Of a stretch of 64,000 bases of DNA, positions 13,901 through 25,900 are shown one piece after another. Source of the stretch: Ranitomeya imitator (lineage: Eukaryota); assembly GCF_032444005.1 (NCBI RefSeq), contig NC_091285.1:23498001-23562000 (forward strand). Direction: 5' to 3'. Under the pieces are notes generated by a model. The model saw only the letters and a program-made list of their open reading frames with translations. It did not search any database and had not been told where the DNA came from. Both the position numbers and the translations under genes were made by a program. Position 1 is the first letter of the stretch. Each line of letters starts with the position of its first letter.

Positions 13901-16900
13901 TACAATTTGTCCTGAGTAAGCTGATATCCCATATGTGGGGGTAAACCACTGTTTGGGCGGATGGGAGAGCTCGGAAGGGAAGGAGCGCCGTTTGACTTTT
14001 CAATGCAAAATTGACAGGAATTGAGATGGGATGCCATGTTGCGTTTGGAAAGCCACTGATGTGCCTAAACATTGAAACCCCCCACAAGTGACACCATTTT
14101 GGAAAGTAGACCCCCTAAGGAACTTATCTAGAGGTGTGGTGAGCACTTTGACCCACCCAGTGCTTCACAGAAGTTTATAATGCAGAACCGTAAAAATAAA
14201 AAAATCATATTTTTTCACAAAAATTATCTTTTCGCCCCCAATTTTTTATTTTTCCAAGGGTAAGAGAAGAAATTGGACCCCAAAAGTTGTTGTACAATTT
14301 GTCCTGAGTGCGCTGATACCCCATATGTGGGGGTAAACCACTGTTTGGGCGGATGGGAGAGCTCGGAAAGGAAGGAGCGCCGTTTGACTTTTCAATGCAA
14401 AATTGACAGGAATTGAGATGAGACGCCATGTTGCGTTTGCAGAGCCCCTAATGTACCTAAATAGTAGAAACCACTCACAAGTGACACCATTTTGGAAAGT
14501 AGACCCCCTAAGGAACTTATCTAGATGTGTGGTGAGCGCTTTGACCCACCAAGGGCTTCACAGAGGTTTATAATGGAGAGCCGTAAAAATAAAACAAAAT
14601 TTTTTTCCCACAAAAATTATTTTTTAGCCCCCAGTTTTGTATTTTCCCGAGGGTAACAGGAGAAATTGGACCCAAAAATGTGTTGTCCAATTTGTCCTGA
14701 GTGCGCTGATACCCCATATGTGGGGGGAAACCACTGTTTGGGCGCATGGGAGGGCTCGGAAGGGAAGGAGTGCCATTTGAATGCAGACTTAGATGGAATG
14801 GTCTGCAGGCGTCACATTGCGTTTGCAGAGCCCCTAATGTACCTAAACAGTAGAAACCCCCCACAAGTGACACCATTTTGGAAAGTAGACCCCCTAAGGA
14901 ACTTATCTAGATGTGTGGTGAGCGCTTTGACCCACCAAGGGCTTCACAGAGGTTTATAATGGAGAGCCGTAAAAATAAAACAAAATTTTTTTCCCACAAA
15001 AATTATTTTTTAGCCCCCAGTTTTGTATTTTCCCGAGGGTAACAGGAGAAATTGGACCCAAAAATGTGTTGTCCAATTTGTCCTGAGTGCGCTGATACCC
15101 CATATGTGGGGGGAAACCACTGTTTGGGCGCATGGGAGGGCTCGGAAGGGAAGGAGTGCCATTTGAATGCAGACTTAGATGGAATGGTCTGCAGGCGTCA
15201 CATTGCGTTTGCAGAGCCCCTAATGTACCTAAACAGTAGAAACCCCCCACAAGTGACCCCATATTGGAAACTAGACCCCCCCGGGAACTTATCTAGATGT
15301 GTTGTGAGAACTTTGAACCCCAAGTGTTTCACTACAGTTTATAACGCAGAGCCGTAAAAATAAAAAATCTTTTTTTTCCCACAAAAATTATTTTTTAGCC
15401 CCCAGTTTTGTATTTTCCCAAGGGTAACAGGAGAAATTGGACCCCAACAGTTGTTGTCCTATTTGTCCTGAGTACGCTGATACCCCATATGTTGGGGTAA
15501 ACCCCTGTTTGGGCACACGGGTGAGCTCGGAAGGAAAGAAGCACTGTTTTACTTTTTCAACGCAGAATTGGCTGGAATTGAGATCGGACGCCATGTCGCT
15601 TTTGGAGAGCCCCTGATGTGCCTAAACAGTGGAAACCCCCCAATTATAACTGAAACCCTAATCCAAACACTCCCCTAACCCTAATTCCAACGGTAACCCT
15701 AACCACACCTCTAACCCTGACACACCCCTAACCCTAATCCCAACCCTATTCCCAACTGTAAATGTAATCTAAACCCTAACTGTAACTTTAGCCCCAACCC
15801 TAANNNNNNNNNNNNNNNNNNNNNNNNNNNNNNNNNNNNNNNNNNNNNNNNNNNNNNNNNNNNNNNNNNNNNNNNNNNNNNNNNNNNNNNNNNNNNNNNN
15901 NNNNNNNNNNNNNNNNNNNNNNNNNNNNNNNNNNNNNNNNNNNNNNNNNNNNNNNNNNNNNNNNNNNNNNNNNNNNNNNNNNNNNNNNNNNNNNNNNNNN
16001 NNNNNNNNNNNNNNNNNNNNNNNNNNNNNNNNNNNNNNNNNNNNNNNNNNNNNNNNNNNNNNNNNNNNNNNAAAATGGAAATAAATACATTTTTTTATTT
16101 TTCCCTAACTAAGGGGGTGATGAAGGGGGGTTTGATTTACTTTTATAGCGGGTTTTTTAGCGGATTTTTATGATTGGCAGCCGTCACACACTGAAAGACG
16201 CTTTTTATTGCAAAAAATATTTTTTGCGTTACCACATTTTGAGAGCTATAATTTTTCCATATTTTGGTCCACACAGTCATGTGAGGTCTTGTTTTTTGCA
16301 CGACGAGTTGACGTTTTTATTGGTAACATTTTCGGGCACGTGACATTTTTTGATCGCTTTTTATTCCGATTTTTGTGAGACAGAATGACCAAAAACCAGC
16401 TATTCATGAATTTCTTTTGGGGGAGGCGTTTATACCGTTCCGCGTTTGGTAAAATTGATAAAGCAGTTTTATTCTTCGGGTCAGTACGATTACAGCGACA
16501 TCTCATTTATATCATTTTTTTATGTTTTGGCGCTTTTATACGATAAAAACTATTTTATAGAAAAAATAATTATTTTGGCATCGCTTTATTCTCAGGACTA
16601 TAACTTTTTCATTTTTTTGCTGATGATGCTGTATGGTGGCTCGTTTTTTGCGGGACAAGATGACGCTTTCAGCGGTACCATGGTTATTTATATCTGTCTT
16701 TTTGATCACGTGTTATTCCACTTTTTGTTCGGCGGTATGATAATAAAGCGTCGTTTTTTGCCTCGTTTTTTTTTTTTTTTTTCTTACGGTGTTTACTGAA
16801 GGGGTTAACTAGTGTGCCAGTTTTATAGGGCGAGTCGATACGGACGCGGCGATACTAAATATGTGTACTTTTATTGTTTTTTTTTTTTTTTATTTAGATG

Positions 16901-19900
16901 AAGAAATGTATTTATGGGAATATTTTTTTTTTTTTTTTCATTATTTAGGAATATTTTTTTTTAATTTTTTTTACACATTTGGAAATTTTTTTTTTTACTT
17001 TTTTACTTTGTCCCAGGGGGGGACATCACAGATCAGTGATCTGACAGTTTGCACAGCACTCTGTCAGATCACTGATCTGACATGCAGCGCTGCAGCCTTC
17101 ACAGTGCCTGCTCTGAGCAGGCTCTGTGAAGCCACCTCCCTCCCTGCAGGACCCGGATCCGCGGCCATCTTGGATCCGGGACCTGGAGCAGGGAGGGAGG
17201 GCGGCAAGACCCTCGCAGCAACGTGATCACATCGCGTTGCTGCGGGGGGCTCAGGGAAGCCCGCAGGGAGCCCCCCTCCCTGCGCGGTGCTTCCCTGCAC
17301 CGCCGGCACATCGCGATCATCTTTGATCGCGGTGTGCCGGGGGTTAATGTGCCGGGGGCGGTCCGTGACCGCTCCTGGCACATAGTGCCGGATGTCAGCT
17401 GCGATAGGCAGCTGACACCCGGCCGCGATCGGCGCCGCTCCCCCCGTGAGCGCTGCCGATCGCATATGACGTACTATTGCGTCCTTGGGAAGTAGGGCCC
17501 ACCCCCCATGGACGCAATAGTACGTCTGATGGCAGAAAGGGGTTAACAAAAAAAGTGTGAAACAACTGAAAATATGTCTTATATTCTAGGTTCTTCAAAG
17601 TAGCCACCTTTTGCTTTGATGACTGCTTTGCACACTCTTGGCATTCTCTTGATGAGCTTCACGAGGTAGCCAACGGGAATGGTTTTCACTTCACAGGTGT
17701 GCCCTGTTAGGTTTAATAAGTGGGATTTCTTGCCTTATAAATGGGGTTGGGACCATCAGTTGTGTTGAGCAGAAGTCTGGTGGATACACAGCTGATAGTC
17801 CTACTGAATAGACTGTTAGAATTTGTATTATGGCAAGAAAAAAGCAGCCAAGTAAAGAAAAACGAGTGGCCATCATTACTTTAAGAAATGAAGGTCAGTC
17901 AGTCCCAAAAATTGGGAAAACTTTGAAAGTGTCCCCAAGTGCAGTGGCAAAAACCATCAAGCGCTATAAAGAGACTGGCTGACATGAGGACACCCCAGGA
18001 AAGGAAGACCAAGAGTCACCTCTGCTTCTGAGGATAAGTTTATCCGAGTCACCAGCCTCAGAAATCGCAGGTTAACAGCAGCTCAGATTAGAGACCAGGT
18101 CAATGCCACACAGAGTTCTAGCAGCAGACACATCTCTACAACAACTGCTAAGAGGAGACTTTGTGCAGCAGGCCTTCATGGTAAAATAGCTGCTAGGAAA
18201 CCACTGCTAAGGACAGGCAACAAGCAGAAGAGACTTGTTTGGGCTAAAGAACACAAGGAATGGACAATAGACCAGTGGAAATCTGTGCTTTGGTCTGATC
18301 AGTCCAAATTTGAGACCTTTGGTTCCAACCACCGTGTCTTTGTGCGACGCAGAAAAGGTGAACGGATGGACTCTACATGCCTGGTTCCCACCGTGAAGCA
18401 TGGAGGAGGAGGTGTGATGGTGTGGGGGGGCTTTGCTGGTGACACTGTTGGGGATTTATTCAAAATTGAAGGCATGCTGAACCAGCATGGCTACCACAGC
18501 ATCTTGCAGCAGCATGCTATTCCATCCGGTTTGCGTTTAGTTGGACCATCATTTATTTTTCAACAGGACAATGACCCCAAACACACCTCCAGGCTGTGTA
18601 AGGGCTATTTGGCCAAGAAGGAGAGTGATGGGGGGCTACGCCAGATGACCTGGCCTCCACAGTCACCAGACCTGAACCCAATCCAGATGGTTTGGGGTGA
18701 GCTGGACCGCAGAGTGAAGGCAAAAGGGCCAACAAGTGCTAAGCATCTCTGGGAACTCCTTCAAGATTGTTGGAAGACCATTCCCTGTGACTACCTCTTG
18801 AAGCTCATCAAGAGAATGCCAAGAGTGTGCAAAGCAGTCAAAGAAAAAGATGGCTACTTTGAAGAACCTAGAATATAAGACATATTTTCAGTTGTTTCAC
18901 ACTTTTTTGTTAAGTCTATAACTCCACATGTGTTAATTCATAGTTTTGATGCCTTCAGTGTGAATGTACAATTTTCATAGTCATGAAAATACAGAAAAAT
19001 CTTTAAATGAGAAGGTGTGTCCAAACTTTTGGTCTGTACTGTATTTAGAGAAGATAGAATAGATTTTGGTCTGTACTGACTATATATAAAGAGATATCAA
19101 GTTAATACTGTATATAAAAAATATATTTTTATATATTAATATATTAAAAAATATATATTTTTTTATTTTTTATATATTTCAAAATATAAAGTGAATATAA
19201 TATATTTTTTCTTTTATTTTTTATATATTAATATACATATTAAACATATAAAGTAAATATTTAAAAAAATTTTTTTTTAATATATATTAACTATTGTTAA
19301 ATATAGATTATTTTTTACTTATTTTTTTCCCTCTATTTTCAAGACAATTTTTGAATATTTTTTATTAAATAAAAATTGGTACATTTCCCCTGACCACACG
19401 CCCTAGTAGAAAAAAAGGGCATAATCAGAGCAGCTCCCATTCGGTCATGTCATTATTCATCTGAATTTTCGCCATGTAATACCACAAGTCGCCAGCAGTG
19501 GCTGCTGTAGAGAAAGAGCTCGGCCAGACTAGGAGTCGATCAGCTGATCGCAGATTCTTTAAAGGGATTTTTCTTCTTTGAAAAAAAAAAATCAGTTCTA
19601 ATAGATTTTATTTTTATCCATTTATCTCCGAGACGGACAACGCCCGCCCAATGTCATCGCGACTTGGACAAAGTGAAGGTTATTCCAGGAATATTTATGT
19701 AACCCTGACAACAGATTGAACCAATCGAATTGATGTAAATTTAGTATCTCGAGGGAAAGAAAGAAGAAAAAAAATAAAAAAAAAAAACGGTAATGGGATT
19801 GTCAAGCTTTGCTGTGAAGAGCGAAGTCCATTATCACATTGGTTTGTAATCCTCGCCACCTCGGGGCGAACTGCAACATCAGAATAATAACCCCAATTTA

Positions 19901-20239
19901 CAGTCATTTTATTCCACGCCAGGAACAGAATACTGACAGATATCGACTCGCAGGGACATTAAGCTCTGGCCTTGCAAATGATGAAAGATCAAAAAACTAA
20001 CTGTCCTTGGGATTCTTAAAGGGGNNNNNNNNNNNNNNNNNNNNNNNNNNNNNNNNNNNNNNNNNNNNNNNNNNNNNNNNNNNNNNNNNNNNNNNNNNNN
20101 NNNNNNNNNNNNNNNNNNNNNNNNNNNNNNNNNNNNNNNNNNNNNNNNNNNNNNNNNNNNNNNNNNNNNNNNNNNNNNNNNNNNNNNNNNNNNNNAAATA
20201 TAAAATATATATTATTATTATTATTAAAATAATATAATA

Positions 20240-20304
<65 letters not shown>

Positions 20305-22880
20305 TATTATTTTAATAATAATATATATTTTATATTTTTTTAATCAACAATAGCGCCTCACCTGTCAGCAGGTTGTTTCTGGCATTGCAGGTCAGCTCCT
20401 TCGATTTCAATGGGACTGGTCTGTAATACCACTCACAACCTGCCAACAGGGGTGGCACTGTCTTGGAAGAAATCAGCCAATTTTTTTTTCGTAATCCTAT
20501 AAAAACCACATCAAAAAGCTTTCTGCAACGAGGTACGCTTTTATTAGATGTAGGCCAGAAAGCCAATTTTTCCAGACCATACTCATGCATGTTACGATTT
20601 TGAAGCGTGCATGTGTTCCGAATGGGAGAGGGGAAGAATAAGCCATCCTTTAAATAAATGATTGGGCATATTAAAATTCGAGATGCCCAATCCTACTTTA
20701 GAAAAAGTTGCCCAGAACAAAGACCGCCTGGACAGCCAAAATGGCTAGCACCGAGGGGCGTAGCTATAGTAAAGGTATTAGAAAATGGAACATATGGGGG
20801 CTATCGATATATATTTTTAATGGGGCCCAGAAATTTAAAGGGGTATTCTCAAGTTTAAAAGTTATTTCCCCATCCATCGTATTGGGGATACATTTCTGAT
20901 TGCTGGGGGTCCAACCATTGGGACAGATCCCAAAAACTGGAGCTCTGAAGAGCACATCTGCTCCAGTCATTCATAAATTGGACCACCGGAGTTAGCCGGG
21001 GGTCCGATATCTGTAAGAATGAATGGAGCAGCAGTGCACATGATCGACCACCACTGAAGAGCCCCGGTTCTCGGGATCGGTCAGACACCCTTTGATCGGG
21101 TAGTATCCCCTTTAAAGTCACCCCTCTGCATCCCATATTCTGGAATATTTGATAATTTGGCATGTATACTGTCTTATTGATATTGGCTGTAAAGGACTTT
21201 TCCGCTTGTAATCATCCATACCTTCTGGTCTTGCTTTTGGCTTCTTGAGACCTCCATCTTCCATCAATTCAAAAGAAAAGATCACATTGTGGACCTGCAA
21301 GGAGAAACCCTCATTGTAACTAGGAGATAAACAACGATACATGCCCAATCCTGGCATACACCTCAGAACATCCAGAGCCATAGATTCCGTCCACTAACAA
21401 AGTCAGGCCTTAGAGGGTATGTCCATTTTGCAACAATTATCACCCGACAGATGGCAAATGTATCACTGATTGTATCACCACTCAGGGATTCCTGCTCTCC
21501 TGTCTCTAAGTAGCATATAGAGGATATTATATGGAAGTACTGAGCAGTTGTAGCTGTGAATCCAGCTCTGGAATGAGAAACACTAGAAAGCAGAAAAAAA
21601 AAACAAATATTGCCCTAGCCACACTTATTTTGTCCCAATTCTGGAATACATCTCAGACATCTAGAGCCCTAGATTCCTTCTATTAACTAAGTCTGGCCTT
21701 AAAGGGGATGACCCTTTAGCAACAATTGTCACCCGACAGGTGGCAAATGTATCACCACTATCACAAGTCAGGAATTCCTGCTCTCTGGTCTCAATGTAGC
21801 ACATAGTGGACATTATATACAAGTACAGAGCAGTTGTAGCTGTGAATCCAGCTCTGGGATGAGAAACACTTACTAGAAAGCAGAGAAAAAAAAATTAATT
21901 TTTCTAGGTGCACTTATTTTGTTCCTCCTCTCTCTATATAGTATTCTATAGGCAGCTATCATCTGACCCCTCAGTGATTTTCAAAGTGAATGATTAACTT
22001 AAAGGCAGAGGGAATGGGGAATGAAGTGGCTCATAAGTGGAGAAAGCAGAAAAAAAAAAAAACACACTTGTAAAATATTACCAAACACCCTAAACTAAAA
22101 AAAAAAAAAAAGAAGACGCTGGTGAAAAAAAGTCACATTAATTAAAGATAAAGCTGTTATTTTCCTGCCAGCGCCGCTCGGCACGTACCATGATGTGTCG
22201 ACTAGGTGGCAAAGTCTGAATGTCAAGTTAGATAAATTAAAATATCACCTTTTAATTTATGCAAGTTTGATGCAGAATTTTAAGCAAACAAAATTTAACA
22301 ATTACGGGAAAATATTTCATTTACATGTATAATTTGTTTTACATTTTTCTAAGAAGTGTTTTCAAAAGCTGTGCACAGAAGAAGTCAAGGAAATTGGCCT
22401 TTTGGTACAAAACGTTTGACGGGTAATTACGAGCAATTTTGCTAAAATCTACCCTAAATTGCCTTTAAATTGGAGCCGCCATCCCTCCTGTCACATCTGT
22501 TATAGTTTAGAATTGTAAGCCGCAGTTCTGGAGCATTTTAGAGCTCTACGTTGTGCTGACCCTCTGTTGTTCCTCCTAGAAATGTACAAATAGACAACGC
22601 CCAAGAGGAGCAATAGAGGAACAGCAGAACGGATGGTTTCCAAAAAATAAAATACAACAGAATTGGGAATGTGAACATTACAAGATAAGTCCGTTACCGG
22701 ACTTCTCTACATCCGGCTTACCTTCTGATCAAAGTCTTCAGGGGTCAAGAAGAAGTTGTGCAGTGGGACGAAATAGTTCTCCAGGAGTCCCATGAGGAGG
22801 ACAAGGTAGACGCCATCGGCAAACTAGAGACGAAAAGTAACCCAGTAACGCGAACATATATTACACATAAAAATGTTTAC

Positions 22881-22967
<87 letters not shown>

Positions 22968-25900
22968 AGCTATTGAACCCGTTCTACGCCCGGGTGGCGA
23001 GCATTTATATTGGTATATGGTCTCCATCCTGTCATGTGCTGCACCCATCCTGCGTCCCCATCCTGGTATGTGCTGCACCCATCCTGTGTCCCCATCCTGC
23101 GTCCCCATCCTGGTATGTGCTGCACCCATCCTGCGTCCCCATCCTGTCATGTGCTGCACCCATCCTGCGTCCCCATCCTGGTATGTGCTGCACCCATCCT
23201 GCGTCCCCATCCTGGTATGTGCTGCACCCATCCTGCGTCCCCATCCTGGTATGTGCTGCACCCATCCTGCGTCCCCATCCTGGTATGTGCTGCACCCATC
23301 CTGCGTCCCCATCCTGGTATGTGCTGCAACCATCCTGCGTCCCCATCCCGGTATGTGCTGCAACCATCCTGCGTCCCCATCCTGGTATGTGCTGCACCCA
23401 TCCTACGTCCCCATCCTGTCATGTGCTGCACCCATCCTGCGTCCCCATCCTGGTATGTGCTGCACCCATCCTGCGTCGCCATCCTGTCATGTGCTGCATC
23501 CATCCTGCGTCCCCATCCTGGTATGTGCTGCACCCATCCTGCGTCCCCATCCTGTCATGTGCTGCACCCATCCTGCGTCCCCATCCTGGTATGTGCTGCA
23601 ACCATCCTGCGTCCCCATCCTGCGTCCCCATCCTGGTATGTGCTGCAACCATCCTGTGTCCCCATCCTGTCATGTGCTGCACCCATCCGGGGGCCTGAGC
23701 AGGCGGGGACACCGGCGCGCTGTGGGGGTCAGGTGCCGGTATCGCCGCCAGCTCAGGCCCCCCAGCACTTACTATACTCACCTGTCTGTCCTGTTCCAGC
23801 GCTGCGCGCCGCCATCTTCCCGGTCTCCTGGCTGTGACTGTTCAGTCAGAGGGCGGCGCCGGCACGCATTAAGCGCGTCATCGCGCCCTCTGAACTGAAG
23901 GTCACAGGCCGAAGACCGGGAAGATGGCGGCGCCCAGCGGTGGAACGCAGGACAGGTGAATATGGCCGGTACTCACCCTCCTGGCGGTCCCTGCTTCTCT
24001 GTTGGAGATCGCGGTGTGCGTTCAGTGTGAACGCATACCGCGATCTCCCGGGAGCGTCACTCTGTGAGGCCCAGACTGCGCCGGCGCCTGCGCAGTCTAT
24101 AAAGGCTTCGGACAGAGTGACGCTCCCAGCGTTATATTATAGATCTATATATATATACACACACACACACTTAGCATCACAATATGTGGTAACTCCAAGT
24201 GAATCACACTTCTGAGAAATCAACCTGTCCAGTTGTGAATCCATTTCTCCTGCTGTTGTGGATGAGGAACAGACGACAGGTAGAAATGATCGGCAATTAG
24301 CAAGACAACCCCAATAAAGGAGCGGTTCTGCAGGGGGGTGACTGTTATGAAAGGCAATTCAGTATCACAATGGACATGGAGGTCAGAGCACATACAGTGA
24401 TCTGACAATAACCCAAAATAATAGAACGAGCTCTGAGACGTGGGAACTCTGCAGACCGCAATCCCTGATCCTCTCCAAACACAACTAGAGGCAGCCGTGG
24501 ATTGCGCCTAACGCTACCTATGCAACTCGGCACAGCCTGAGAAACTAACTAGCCTGAAGATAGAAAAAATAAGCCTACCTTGCCTCAGAGAAATACCCCA
24601 AAGGAAAAGGCAGCCCCCCACATATAATGACTGTGAGTAAGAAGAAAAGACAAACGTAGGGATGAAATAGATTCAGCAAAGTGGGGCCCGATATTCTAGA
24701 CAGAACGAGGACAGGAAAGATAACTTTGCGGTCTACACAAAACCCTAAAGAAAACCATGCAAAGGGGCAAAAAGACCCTCCGTACCGAACTAACGGCACG
24801 GAGGTACACCCTTTGCGTCCCAGAGCTTCCAGCAAAACAAATAGACAAGCTGGACAGAAAAAATAGCAACAAATAGCAAAGAAGCACTTAGCTATGCAGA
24901 GCAGCAGGCCACAGGAATGATCCAGAGAAACACAAGTCCAACACTGGAACATTGACAGGAAGCATGGACCAAAGCACTAGGTGGGGTTAAGTAGAGAAGC
25001 ACCCAACGACCTCACCAGATCACCTGAGGGAGGAAACTCAGAAGCAGCAGTACCAGTTTCCTCCACAAACGGAAGCTCCCAGAGAGAATCAGCCGAAGTA
25101 CCACTTGTGACCACAGGAGGGAGCTCTGCCACAGAATTCACAACAGTACCCCCCCCTTGAGGAGGGGTCACCGAACCCTCACCAGAGCCCCCAGGACGAC
25201 CAGGATGAGCCACATGAAAGGCACGAACAAGATCGGGAGCATGGACATCAGAGGCAAAAACCCAGGAATTATCCTCCTGAGCATAACCCTTCCATTTAAC
25301 CAGATACTGGAGTTTCCGTCTTGAAACACGAGAATCCAAAATCTTCTCCACAATATACTCCAATTCCCCCTCCACCAAAACCGGGGCAGGAGGGTCAACA
25401 GATGGAACCATAGGTGCCACGTATCTCCGCAACAATGACCTATGGAAGACGTTATGTATGAAAAAAGAATCTGGGAGGGTCAGACGAAAAGACACAGGAT
25501 TAATAACATCAGAAATCCTATAAGGATCAATGAAACGAGGTTTAAACTTCGGAGAGGAAACCTTCATAGGAATATGACGAGAAGATAACCAAACCAGATC
25601 CCCAACACGAAGTCGGGGACCCACACGGCGTCTGCGATTAGCGAAACGTTGAGCCTTCTCCTGGGACAAAGTCAAATTGTCCACTACATGAGTCCAAATC
25701 TGCTGCAACCTGTCCACCACAGTATCCACACCAGGACAGTCCGAAGACTCAACCTGTCCTGAAGAGAAACGAGGATGGAACCCAGAATTGCAGAAAAATG
25801 GCGAAACCAAGGTAGCCGAGCTGGCCCGGTTATTAAGGGCGAACTCAGCCAAAGGCAAAAAGGACACCCAGTCATCCTGATCAGCAGAAACAAAACATCT

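Larger units (their letters stand above)
12818..17542. mobile_element. Non-autonomous piggyBac-like element (~4.7 kb)
   Basis: TTAA target duplication (12814-12817 and 17543-17546), termini CCCCTTT...AAAGGGG, no transposase ORF, internal tandem array. Confidence 0.88.
12686..19041 (+). mobile_element. Tc1 element with long TIRs, left TIR split by a piggyBac-like insertion
   Basis: Left cagaacagtccaaaagtttggacac (12686) and right gtgtccaaacttttggtctgtactg|TA (19041). The left TIR resumes at 17543 after the TTAA duplication. Confidence 0.93.

Noticed and set aside
13336-15594. Recurrent 70-100-aa ORFs (MASHLNS..., MDPKMCC...)
   Set aside because: Repeated translations of the ~390-bp unit; no transposase motifs.
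15650-16071. Possible true telomere or chromosome end
   Set aside because: The repeats are degenerate and enclosed within a TTAA-flanked element inside an intron.
22824-23898. Overlapping Cys/His/Pro-rich ORFs on both strands
   Set aside because: Produced by the 34-bp minisatellite and TA microsatellite inside a Helitron.
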